Below are positions 1 to 7,484 of a stretch of DNA of 37,097 nucleotides, piece by piece. Where the stretch lies: IMG/VR virus record IMGVR_UViG_3300045988_111150. The stretch is one strand, 5' to 3'. Each line of letters begins with the position of its first letter. The stretch's first letter is position 1. Source of the DNA: a virus. Under the pieces are notes generated by a model that saw only the letters and a program-made list of their open reading frames with translations, was not told the origin of the DNA and did not search any database. The position numbers and the translations under genes were made by a program.

Positions 1-1
1 G

Positions 2-1342
2 TATGCGGATAAGGTAGGCACAGGGGCGAACAGCTACGCCGATACAGTGGGAACAAATGCGAAAAACTACGCGGACACAAAGGCGAATAAGGCTTTGACA
101 GATGCAAAAGCCGACACGGACGAAAAGCTTAAGAAATATGTAACACAGGTTAGCATGAATACGGCTATAGATCAGTCGGCAGAATCAGTAAAAACATATG
201 CAAAAAAAGCAGTAAACGAACTGAAACATAACTATGTAGAAAATGGAACTTTTGAAAGCGGAAACCTGGACGGGTGGTACTTAAGTGATAGCAATAATAT
301 TAAGGCTGCAAACGTTGAGTATTTAGGAAATGTAGCGAAAATTACAAGAGGAACGTCTAATATCTATATGCGCCAAAGTTGGAAGCTGAAAGCGGGAACG
401 TATACGTTGAGATTTAAGGCGGCAGCAGATTTAAGAAGCATAAGCAAAGCGAGAGTAAGAGTATCATTAGACGGAACAAGTGTATATACAGGAAAAGGGG
501 CACTTGACGACGAAAAGTTTTATGAGTACGAAACGGAGATAACTATAAGCTCAGCGGGGACAAAGTACATTTATGTGTATAACTATGTGGATAACACTAC
601 GGTTTATATCAAAGATATAGAAGTACTGGGAAAATACGAAGATCACGCAGAAGCGCAATTTACAGTAGCAAATGACGCTATCGAAGCAGAGGTAAAAAGA
701 GCAGAAGGTATAGAAGACGAACTTAGAAGTGCTATACAAGTAAATGCAAATAAAATAACGAGTAAAGTAGAAAAAGGGGATATGGGAAGCTATATAACCC
801 AATACTACAATAATGTACTGATTGCATTTAATAAGAGTTCTAAGTATGTGCAAATTTCAGCCGGACAGATCGCTATTTACAATGGAGAAGTAACAGCAAA
901 AGGAAAACGAGCAGTATTTGACCAAAATGGAAATTCATTTTATAGGGATAATTATTTTGTAGGACGAATAGGTACGAATGAATGGAAAGACAATAGCACG
1001 CATAAAGGGCTTTCGTTCGACTTGGAATATCAAGGAAAATATATGGCGTGGGCACAAAAAGAAAGTAGCGGCGCGACAAGCTACGATACAATTTTATGCT
1101 ATTCGAGAGCAAATAGTATCTACACAGAAAAAGGCTTACATCTTGGCTGTAATATGTACGCGCATGGCTGGAATTTGCATAACGCCGATCTAAGAAACAC
1201 GTCGTACGACGGCTATAGCAGTTGGACGGGGGAAATTCCGATAATAACAAAGATACAGGCGAATAGTGATGGTACTATTACGTGGTGGAGTTCATCAATA
1301 ACTGTAAGAAATGGCGGCATAACAAGCGCCCCGAGAAGTTAG
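2..1342 (+). CDS. C-terminal ~436 aa of a ~1101-aa tail-tip / tail-associated fibre protein; the N-terminal part is 35103..37097, so the gene is split by contig linearisation
   Basis: Bases 1-31 equal 37067-37097. The frame opened at ATG 35103 completes a codon at 37097 and continues in frame from base 32 to TAG 1340-1342. The ORF-track entry 47..1342 is the same frame. Contains a NGTFESGNLDGWY...YIKDIEVLG segment resembling a CBM4/9-type jelly-roll carbohydrate-binding module. Confidence 0.75.
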   Translation, partial: YADKVGTGANSYADTVGTNAKNYADTKANKALTDAKADTDEKLKKYVTQVSMNTAIDQSAESVKTYAKKAVNELKHNYVENGTFESGNLDGWYLSDSNNIKAANVEYLGNVAKITRGTSNIYMRQSWKLKAGTYTLRFKAAADLRSISKARVRVSLDGTSVYTGKGALDDEKFYEYETEITISSAGTKYIYVYNYVDNTTVYIKDIEVLGKYEDHAEAQFTVANDAIEAEVKRAEGIEDELRSAIQVNANKITSKVEKGDMGSYITQYYNNVLIAFNKSSKYVQISAGQIAIYNGEVTAKGKRAVFDQNGNSFYRDNYFVGRIGTNEWKDNSTHKGLSFDLEYQGKYMAWAQKESSGATSYDTILCYSRANSIYTEKGLHLGCNMYAHGWNLHNADLRNTSYDGYSSWTGEIPIITKIQANSDGTITWWSSSITVRNGGITSAPRS

Positions 1343-1350
1343 GAGAAAAT

Positions 1351-1494
1351 ATGGAAGAAGATAGATACTTAAAGGTTAATGAAGCGGAAAAGCCGAAAGA
1401 AGAAGAAAGCCCGGTAATAGAAAAAACCACGGTAAGACTTTTCGATACAGAAGCGGGCGAAATGAAAGTGGAAGAGGAAAAAGAAGTAGTATGA
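1351..1494 (+). CDS. small acidic hypothetical protein (47 aa)
   Basis: ATG 1351 is preceded by AGGAG at 1341-1345. The track ORF 1282..1494 starts inside the upstream gene, so the internal start is preferred. No recognisable motif. Confidence 0.4.
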   Translation: MEEDRYLKVNEAEKPKEEESPVIEKTTVRLFDTEAGEMKVEEEKEVV

Positions 1495-1826
1495 GCAAAG
1501 AAGAAGTAAAGGTAGAAAAACACACAGAAACAAAAGAAGAAGCCATTAAGAACATGAGAAAAATAGTAGAGGTTGAGGAAGAAAACCACGTAGAGACAAA
1601 AGAGGAAGCAGTTAAGAGAGTAGCCGAGCCGCTTAGCGTTACTATTGAAAAAGCAAAAAAAGATATCAATACAGCGATTATTATGGCGGAAAGAAATTAC
1701 GGCTTACATTCAAGTATTACGGTGCTGATTCTTGAAAGCGTCTTAGCAAATGTACGCGCGGGAAATGCTACAGTAGCAGCTATGGAATTTGAACAATACA
1801 AAGGGGAACTGTTAAAGAATGAATAA
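1491..1826 (+). CDS. hypothetical protein in the tail fibre module (Glu/Lys-rich N-terminus)
   Basis: 111-aa ORF. Its ATGA start overlaps the upstream stop, and its own stop overlaps the start of the fibre gene, suggesting translational coupling. Confidence 0.5.
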   Translation: MSKEEVKVEKHTETKEEAIKNMRKIVEVEEENHVETKEEAVKRVAEPLSVTIEKAKKDINTAIIMAERNYGLHSSITVLILESVLANVRAGNATVAAMEFEQYKGELLKNE

Positions 1827-4053
1827 ACAGATCACACGACTTACGTTAGATGTAGGCTTAAGAGATTCCTATAAAGTTGTATTCGCAAAGATGGGCGATA
1901 CAGAACGCCGGGTAATTGCGGAAATTAAAGACAACGGAGAGGACTATAGCCTTGCTGGGGTAAATACTGTAGAAGTTCGCTGTAGAAAGGCGGACGGAAA
2001 ACAGGTTACTAAAAACGCTACGAAAGATAATAATACAATCGTAATTGACATAAGTGGGCAAATGACAACTTGCAAGGGTACAGCTATTGTAGACGTAGTG
2101 CTGTACGGAACTGACGGCGGCGTATTAAGTACAGCTAAATTCTATTTGAATGTAGACGACGGGGCGGTAAGTGAAGATGATATTAAAAGTAGCAATGAAT
2201 ACAAAAGCCTTACAGATGCATTAAGAACGGTGGGACTTGCAAAGGAAGTAGCGAATACTGCATTAAATACAGCTAATGAAGCAGTTAAAACAGCAGAATC
2301 AGCTATGAAACAGATACCGGGTTATACTTCCAGGGCAGAGACAGCGGCGAGCAAAGCGGAAGAAAATAAAACGGCAGCAGCAAATTCAGCGAGCGCGGCA
2401 GCAGATTCTAAGGCAGCCGCCGGAAAGTCCGCAACAGCGGCGGCAAATTCAGCAAGCGCAGCGTCGGAAAGTAAAACAGCAGCAGCAAATTCAGCAAGCG
2501 CGGCATCAGAAAGCAAAACAGCAGCGGCAAATTCAGCAAAAGCAGCAGAAGCGGCGAAGGTGAAGGCAGAAGACGTAGTAAAAGGGATTGCAGATACAAA
2601 AGCGGAAGCAATCGCGCAAATAGAAGCTGCCGGAGTAGAAGCTACACAAAATATTAAGGGATACACGAAGGAAGAAACAAACGCACTCTTAAGAGCTGCC
2701 GGGATTCATACCCAGGTAGGCGCGCCGATTTACGGGGTAAAAAGGGTGTGGAATACAGCAAATGTAAGTGACACCTGGGAACGTACAGACGCAAGTGTAG
2801 GCATGGAAGCAAACCCGACCATAGGGACAAAAGTAGGGAAAGACGACTTTTCTTATGTAATGCCGTGGGCGGGGATTGTATCTAAATGCTGCGACCTGGA
2901 TACAGGGGAAACAATAGCGTATATCGGAGAACCGGGGTACGACCCAACGAAGTACATGGTACTTACAGAGTATCCGGGATATTATCTCAAACGCTGGCGA
3001 GACGATACATACGAATATGTACAGATTTCCGCCGGAGCATTTGACGGAGCGGTATATATAGAGCCGTGGGAGTGGGGACGCTACCCGTCTTCACTTATGG
3101 GAAGTAAGCACGTATCCATGAGCGGAAAGCACCCGGATTGCAGAATAAATAGAGCTACGGTACGTGCACGATCAAAAGCAGCCGGAGAAGGATACTACAG
3201 CATGGATAGTACAAGCTACTGGGCGTATAGTATGCTGGTTCTTGTGAAATACGCGAGTCTTAATACTCAAGAAAAAGTATGCAAGGGCTATTACTATTTG
3301 AGATACACAGACCAGGACAAGGCTTTAGTAGCGGAACAGAGTACAAACCGTATTGTTATCGCACTTGCGACAGCAGCCAACGAATACCTGGTAGGAAATG
3401 CTGTGGAAATCGGTACAAGCCTGGGCGGAGCACAGGTAGCGAAGCAGAGACTAATTACAAGAGTGGAAGACTACAGCAACGGAAGCGTAACAGGGAAAGC
3501 AATCTATTTTGACGGCGACCCGGTAAATATTGCAGTAGGTAATATTATTAGTCATTGCGCTAATATATCGGGAACAACCGATAGCCTGGGAATGAGGGAC
3601 GGCTGCTTAGTGAATGACGGTAAGCACGCTATGTTGCTTTTAGGGCATGAGCATAACGGGCAGTATGCTTTTGTGGATAATGTGAACCGATACCAGGACA
3701 AATTATATGTATGCTACGACAACACAGCGACGAAAGATAACGTAGGAGATACAGACCCGAATTATAAGGCGTTAAGCTTCGCATTTCCTACAACGTCCGG
3801 CTGGCAGCTTTTGGAAGGATTCGACCCGGAACACCCGTTAGAAATGTGGTGTGAAAAGCTGGGCGGTTCTTCGGTTGGCAAAGGAAACGGGGCGTATTTG
3901 TGGAGTAATAACAATGCCGCCTGGTACGTCTTGTGTGTCTTCGGTAACGCGATCAACGGAGCTGGCGCGGGCTTGCCTTACGTGTACGCGAACAGCGGCA
4001 GCGGTAACGCGGACTGGGACATCGGCGGGGTGCTTCTTAAGAAGCGCCAGTAA
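1819..4053 (+). CDS. receptor-binding tail fibre protein and DGR target: BppU-like N-terminal domain, Ala-rich repeat stalk, C-terminal C-type-lectin-like variable domain
   Basis: 744-aa ORF. The N-terminus (ITRLTLDVG...VVLYG...FYLNVDDG) resembles the phage baseplate upper protein N-terminal domain. Residues ~175-250 are KTAAANSASAASES-type repeats. The last ~45 aa (AAWYVLCVFGNAINGAGAGLPYVYANSGSGNADWDIGGVLLKKRQ) are encoded by the VR. Confidence 0.85.
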   Translation: MNKQITRLTLDVGLRDSYKVVFAKMGDTERRVIAEIKDNGEDYSLAGVNTVEVRCRKADGKQVTKNATKDNNTIVIDISGQMTTCKGTAIVDVVLYGTDGGVLSTAKFYLNVDDGAVSEDDIKSSNEYKSLTDALRTVGLAKEVANTALNTANEAVKTAESAMKQIPGYTSRAETAASKAEENKTAAANSASAAADSKAAAGKSATAAANSASAASESKTAAANSASAASESKTAAANSAKAAEAAKVKAEDVVKGIADTKAEAIAQIEAAGVEATQNIKGYTKEETNALLRAAGIHTQVGAPIYGVKRVWNTANVSDTWERTDASVGMEANPTIGTKVGKDDFSYVMPWAGIVSKCCDLDTGETIAYIGEPGYDPTKYMVLTEYPGYYLKRWRDDTYEYVQISAGAFDGAVYIEPWEWGRYPSSLMGSKHVSMSGKHPDCRINRATVRARSKAAGEGYYSMDSTSYWAYSMLVLVKYASLNTQEKVCKGYYYLRYTDQDKALVAEQSTNRIVIALATAANEYLVGNAVEIGTSLGGAQVAKQRLITRVEDYSNGSVTGKAIYFDGDPVNIAVGNIISHCANISGTTDSLGMRDGCLVNDGKHAMLLLGHEHNGQYAFVDNVNRYQDKLYVCYDNTATKDNVGDTDPNYKALSFAFPTTSGWQLLEGFDPEHPLEMWCEKLGGSSVGKGNGAYLWSNNNAAWYVLCVFGNAINGAGAGLPYVYANSGSGNADWDIGGVLLKKRQ
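2368..2562 (+). repeat. imperfect in-frame tandem repeat, 42-nt (14-aa) unit KTAAANSASAA(S/D)ES, about 4.5 copies
   Basis: Read directly: aaaacagcagcagcaaattcagcaagcgcggcatcagaaagc recurs with small changes. One unit carries an extra 21-nt insertion. Confidence 0.7.
3916..4040 (+). repeat. DGR variable repeat (VR), in frame at the 3' end of the fibre gene
   Basis: 125 nt, identical to TR 4235-4359 except at VR positions 3935, 3953, 3964, 3965, 3985, 3995, 4012 and 4018. All eight are A in TR (6 A>G, 2 A>T) and all fall on codon position 1 or 2. Confidence 0.92.
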
Positions 4054-4068
4054 GACCGGGGGTGTAAC

Positions 4069-4085
4069 GGGGGCGGGCAGCCCCC
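4069..4085 (+). promoter_or_regulatory. GC hairpin downstream of VR (candidate DGR target-recognition hairpin/cruciform)
   Basis: GGGGGC (4069-4074), loop GGGCA, GCCCCC (4080-4085), 28 nt past the end of the VR. There is no counterpart after the TR. Confidence 0.5.
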
Positions 4086-4131
4086 TAATACCTAAAGATT
4101 TCCAGGAAAATGGAAGGAAAGGGGGAAAGTA

Positions 4132-4159
4132 TTGAATTTGCAAAATGAAATGATATACT
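4132..4159 (+). promoter_or_regulatory. candidate sigma70-type promoter for the TR-RT transcript
   Basis: TTGAAT (4132-4137), 16-nt spacer, TGaTATACT extended -10 (4151-4159), about 75 nt upstream of the TR. Confidence 0.4.
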
Positions 4160-4234
4160 ACCCAAAAGAAACGGCGGGAAGGAGATAGAACATGAAAGGA
4201 TAGAGAAAATACATAAAAGGGATTTAGTGTGTAA

Positions 4235-4359
4235 GCCGCCTGGTACGTCTTGTATGTCTTCGGTAACGCGAACAACGGAGCTAACGCGGGCTTGCCTTAC
4301 GTGAACGCGAACAACGGCAGCGGTAACGCGAACTGGAACATCGGCGGGGTGCTTCTTAA
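4235..4359 (+). repeat. DGR template repeat (TR), non-coding
   Basis: Invariant copy of the VR. My hand count gives 28 adenines and ten AAC triplets in register with the VR reading frame (4265, 4271, 4274, 4283, 4304, 4310, 4313, 4325, 4331, 4337). No ORF covers it. Confidence 0.92.
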
Positions 4360-4561
4360 TGCTTATAATGGAAAATATGAATTATTGCACACTATCTAAA
4401 CACGGCGCAAGCTGTGACCTTACCAGAGTAACCGACACGGCGAAGGACTGGTAAAAATAAGCGACTGGCAAGGAACTATTAGGGGAAACCCGGAAGCCGC
4501 TATTTACAGGGCGGTACGTCTTTGGACGTATTCCGAATAAGCATTTAAGAAAGGGTAGTAT
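4360..4561 (+). ncRNA. candidate DGR RNA spacer region between TR and RT
   Basis: 202 nt without an ORF between the TR end and the RT start. Contains a small hairpin TACGTC-TTTG-GACGTA (4515-4530) and a short TR-5'-like fragment. The role is inferred from the Bordetella phage BPP-1 TR-spacer RNA. Confidence 0.35.
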
Positions 4562-5833
4562 ATGGATAAGCCAGTAAATAAGAAATCAAAGTTAAAGAAA
4601 CAAGAGATACTACCTAAAAGAGTTGGTGGAATCTACGAAAAAATCTACGAATATGAAAACATTAAAACGGCGATTAAGGCAGTATGCAGTAGCCCGAACG
4701 CCACGAAGTCAAAGAAAAATGAAAAAGCAAATGCAAAACAACAGAAAGAAAAGTATTTAGGGGATATCGACAAATACACGAAAATGATACAGGCACTTTT
4801 GATAGAAGGCAGATATAAGCCGCGTAAGTTGAGAAGGAAAGAAATATACGACGGTGTGCGGCATAAAAAGCGAATGATCGCTAAGCCCTGTATGGTTGAT
4901 AAGATTGTACAACGGGCAGTATTGCAGATCATTGAGCCTATTCTGACAAGAAGGATGTATATGTATTCGTGCGCAAGTATAAAGGGAAAAGGCGGGACGT
5001 ATTGCAAAAGGAAGATTGAAAGAGCGATAGCCAGGAAGAACAGGAAAGGAAAGACGTATAAGAATGTAAAGCATACAAAGTACTGGGAAGCCTTGGATAT
5101 TAAGAAGTGCTACGACAATATTTTACATTGCTTTTTGAAGTTCCGGCTTATCAAAATGTTTAAAGACAAAAGGTTACTTGAATTACTGTTTATGTGTATA
5201 GATATTTACTGGGTAAAAGAGACAGCAGCCGGGAAAAGAGGAATACCAATAGGTACGCCGTTCGGTCACTGGTTCGCTAATATCATGCTGACACCAGTAG
5301 ACTTTGTAATAAAACATATTTTCAAGATAAAATACTATTTTAGGTACATGGACGATATGTTATTATTTAGTAGTAATAAAAAGAAGCTACGGCAGTATGT
5401 AGCCTGTATCCGTGATGCGCTATCACGAATAGGCTTACACATAAAGAGTAAATTACAAGTGCACGCGACAAATGATAAAGGGAAACTGGGAAACAGACCA
5501 ATAGACTTTATAGGCTATAGATTCTACCGGGACTGTACTACCTTACGTTCCAGTATATGCTTAAGAATAACACGAAGAATACGGAAGGTACGAAAGAAGC
5601 AGATACTTAACGGACACGATGCGAGAAGTATTATAAGCTATTATGGCTGGATAAAAAATACAGACTCTTACGGACTGAAAGTAAAGTATTTTAAGGATAC
5701 CGTAAAAAGCGCAAAGGAGAAGATAAGCAATGGAAGCGGTAAGAATCAGAGAAGGCGTAGAGACAGAAGAGGAAGTACTGACAGGTGCGGCTATAGTCGA
5801 GAGACAGGCGGGGCGTGTGCGTGTACAGCTTAA
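4562..5833 (+). CDS. DGR-type reverse transcriptase
   Basis: 423 aa. Motifs read by eye: GIYEKIYEYENIKTAIKAV; RMIAKPCMVDKIVQRAVLQIIEPIL; YSCASIKGKGGTY; ALDIKKCYDNILH; GIPIGTPFGHWFANIML; YFRYMDDMLLF (YMDD catalytic box); IDFIGYRF. Order and spacing match DGR RTs. The last ~35 aa overlap the next gene in another frame. Confidence 0.9.
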   Translation: MDKPVNKKSKLKKQEILPKRVGGIYEKIYEYENIKTAIKAVCSSPNATKSKKNEKANAKQQKEKYLGDIDKYTKMIQALLIEGRYKPRKLRRKEIYDGVRHKKRMIAKPCMVDKIVQRAVLQIIEPILTRRMYMYSCASIKGKGGTYCKRKIERAIARKNRKGKTYKNVKHTKYWEALDIKKCYDNILHCFLKFRLIKMFKDKRLLELLFMCIDIYWVKETAAGKRGIPIGTPFGHWFANIMLTPVDFVIKHIFKIKYYFRYMDDMLLFSSNKKKLRQYVACIRDALSRIGLHIKSKLQVHATNDKGKLGNRPIDFIGYRFYRDCTTLRSSICLRITRRIRKVRKKQILNGHDARSIISYYGWIKNTDSYGLKVKYFKDTVKSAKEKISNGSGKNQRRRRDRRGSTDRCGYSRETGGACACTA

Positions 5834-6113
5834 GACGGATGTAGAGACGGTAGAAGAAACGGAAGAGAAACCGAAACACTACCGTTTTACATTGATTGAG
5901 TTTTGCACCCGTGAAACTGCAAAACTGGAAGCGCGCATTAACGGAAGCCTGGCTAAATGGATTGAAGAAGCCCGGAGAATTGCAGCGGAGAAAGCAGGAA
6001 AGAAAACAGCAGAAGAAAAGTACGACGATCTCAAAGAGACAACCGACGGACTGGTAGAGACAACCGACGAGCTTGTAGAAACTATGGCGGATATCTTAGG
6101 GGGTGCTATTTAA
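5730..6113 (+). CDS. acidic hypothetical protein (127 aa)
   Basis: AAGGAG at 5714-5719 lies upstream of ATG 5730. The ORF overlaps the RT 3' end by 104 nt. Glu/Asp-rich, with repeated TTDGLVETTDELVET. Confidence 0.5.
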   Translation: MEAVRIREGVETEEEVLTGAAIVERQAGRVRVQLKTDVETVEETEEKPKHYRFTLIEFCTRETAKLEARINGSLAKWIEEARRIAAEKAGKKTAEEKYDDLKETTDGLVETTDELVETMADILGGAI

Positions 6114-6259
6114 TGCTGACAGGTGCAAAACTTAAAATTATTGTACGCGGTGTAAAAATAAAGGTACAGCGTGGCGAAGACCTGGAAGAGATTTTAGAGA
6201 GCTACGAAAACCTTACAGAAGAAGAAAAACAGCAGATAAGGGATAAAATAAATGAATAA
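6113..6259 (+). CDS. small hypothetical protein (48 aa; possibly XkdX-like, uncertain)
   Basis: Hand-translated MLTGAKLKIIVRGVKIKVQRGEDLEEILESYENLTEEEKQQIRDKINE. The ATG overlaps the upstream TAA (TAATG). Below the ORF-track size cutoff. Confidence 0.35.
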   Translation: MLTGAKLKIIVRGVKIKVQRGEDLEEILESYENLTEEEKQQIRDKINE

Positions 6260-6443
6260 TTATCTTTTACAAATGATTGAAGTACAAGCCAGCGTAATTA
6301 CAGATTTGACAGAAGTAAATAAAAGGCTTCTGTTAGAATTGGAACAATACAGAGCGATAGAGGAAGAAGACAACATTATACTAACGATGATACAGGACAT
6401 AGAAGCGGGGAAGGAAGACTTAATAGAAATGTCTTCTGTATAG
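6252..6443 (+). CDS. hypothetical coiled-coil protein (63 aa)
   Basis: ORF overlapping the stop of the preceding small ORF. No motif recognised. Confidence 0.4.
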   Translation: MNNYLLQMIEVQASVITDLTEVNKRLLLELEQYRAIEEEDNIILTMIQDIEAGKEDLIEMSSV

Positions 6444-6456
6444 GAAGGTTAGTATT

Positions 6457-6708
6457 TTGGGTAATGAATTTTGGATAGGGCTGTTGATACAGCTTGTAGT
6501 CTATGGCGTATCTATCGGTACAATATACGGAATTATGCGCACTAGATTAGATTATATTGAAAAGAAATTAGATAAACACAACAACGTAGCGGAAAGAGTG
6601 TACAAATTAGAAGCGGATTCTAAAGTAGCATTTGAAAAAATAGCAGTAGAAAATAACCGTATAAAAGACCTGGAAGGCTGGCAGAAGCATGAACAGGAAA
6701 AAGAATAA
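6457..6708 (+). CDS. membrane-anchored coiled-coil protein of the lysis cassette
   Basis: N-terminal TM helix (FWIGLLIQLVVYGVSIGTIYGI), then a coiled coil. TTG start as given by the track. Sits just upstream of the holin-like and lysin genes. Confidence 0.45.
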   Translation: MGNEFWIGLLIQLVVYGVSIGTIYGIMRTRLDYIEKKLDKHNNVAERVYKLEADSKVAFEKIAVENNRIKDLEGWQKHEQEKE

Positions 6709-7051
6709 GCGAGAATTTAAGAAAAAGGTTGTAATGTGGACGGGCATACTATTTGTATGCGCTTGCTTAGTGGCTTTAGTGTTCGCTTGGAACGAAAAGC
6801 CTACCGATGTGTTTATCTATATCATTCCGACGGCTGGCGGCGTATTTGCTGCCGCTGTGGTATGGTATCTTAAAGCGGTACAGCTTGAAAATGGTATTAA
6901 AATACAGCTTGGAATGATAAAAAAGCTTATTGAACTGGGAGAAGAAAACCAGGCAGAGGAAACAAAAGAAAGAGTTATACAAAAGATGAAAGATAAAACA
7001 GATACGATCATAGACGAAGCGTTAGAACCGACAGAAATACAGAATTTTTAG
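6689..7051 (+). CDS. two-TM membrane protein, holin candidate
   Basis: Basic N-terminus, two hydrophobic helices (WTGILFVCACLVALVFAW; VFIYIIPTAGGVFAAAVVWYL) and a charged C-terminus. Confidence 0.45.
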   Translation: MNRKKNKREFKKKVVMWTGILFVCACLVALVFAWNEKPTDVFIYIIPTAGGVFAAAVVWYLKAVQLENGIKIQLGMIKKLIELGEENQAEETKERVIQKMKDKTDTIIDEALEPTEIQNF

Positions 7052-7063
7052 AGGTGCGAAACT

Positions 7064-7480
7064 ATGGAAACTGTAAAAATGATTCTTGAAAACTGGGTAT
7101 ACTTTTTTATTCTTCTTATCCTGGGACTGCTTACCGTGTATGCAATCCTTAGATTTATGAAGCTGACACCAAAGCAGCAGCTTGAAAAAGTAAAAGTAGC
7201 GCTGCTTTACATGGTAACAGAAGCAGAAAAAGAATTGAAAAGCAAAACGGGACGTATTAAGCGTTCTATGGTATGGGAATGGCTGGTAGAAAGATTCCCG
7301 ATCGTAACACTGTTTATCACGGAAGAACAGTACGACAAATTATTAGACCAGGCGTTAGCAGAATTTAGAAAAATGCTGGAAAATAATTCTAGTTTATATG
7401 ATTACGTTTACAATACAGTAACAGTTACGGAAGAAGACACGGAAGACGATATTATGAGAAAGATTGTAACGGGAGCGTGA
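7064..7480 (+). CDS. single-TM holin-like protein (resembles the LL-H holin family)
   Basis: N-terminal TM (WVYFFILLILGLLTVYAILRF), then a helical soluble domain (ALLYMVTEAEKELKSKTG). Immediately precedes the endolysin. Confidence 0.5.
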   Translation: METVKMILENWVYFFILLILGLLTVYAILRFMKLTPKQQLEKVKVALLYMVTEAEKELKSKTGRIKRSMVWEWLVERFPIVTLFITEEQYDKLLDQALAEFRKMLENNSSLYDYVYNTVTVTEEDTEDDIMRKIVTGA

Positions 7481-7484
7481 TTGT

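Larger units (their letters stand above)
3916..5833 (+). mobile_element. diversity-generating retroelement cassette (VR - TR - reverse transcriptase)
   Basis: VR/TR repeat pair with adenine-only mismatches, plus an adjacent DGR-type RT ORF. See the individual features. Confidence 0.9.

Noticed and set aside
1-31. The 31-nt identity between the window ends, considered as a biological direct terminal repeat
   Set aside because: It falls in the middle of a long ORF that reads through the junction in frame. A short exact overlap is what circular contigs from k-mer assemblers show. The real termini are expected near the HNH/terminase region.
2322-2666. Minus-strand ORFs (114 aa and 67 aa) antisense to the Ala-rich repeat of the fibre gene
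   Set aside because: These are the antisense reading of GCN-rich repeats, which typically stays open. There are no start context or motifs.
3838-4275. 145-aa minus-strand ORF spanning VR, the VR-TR gap and the start of the TR; also the + strand alternate-frame ORF 3851-4135
   Set aside because: Both overlap the well-supported fibre gene and the DGR repeats, have no RBS or recognisable motif, and show low-complexity composition. They are treated as by-products of the GC-rich repeat sequence and not as an Avd candidate.
5730-6113. ORF immediately downstream of the RT, considered as a possible Avd accessory protein
   Set aside because: Avd proteins are basic helical bundles. This protein is strongly acidic (Glu/Asp-rich, TTDELVET repeats) and looks like a fibre- or lysis-module hypothetical. 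It is kept as a CDS but not called Avd.
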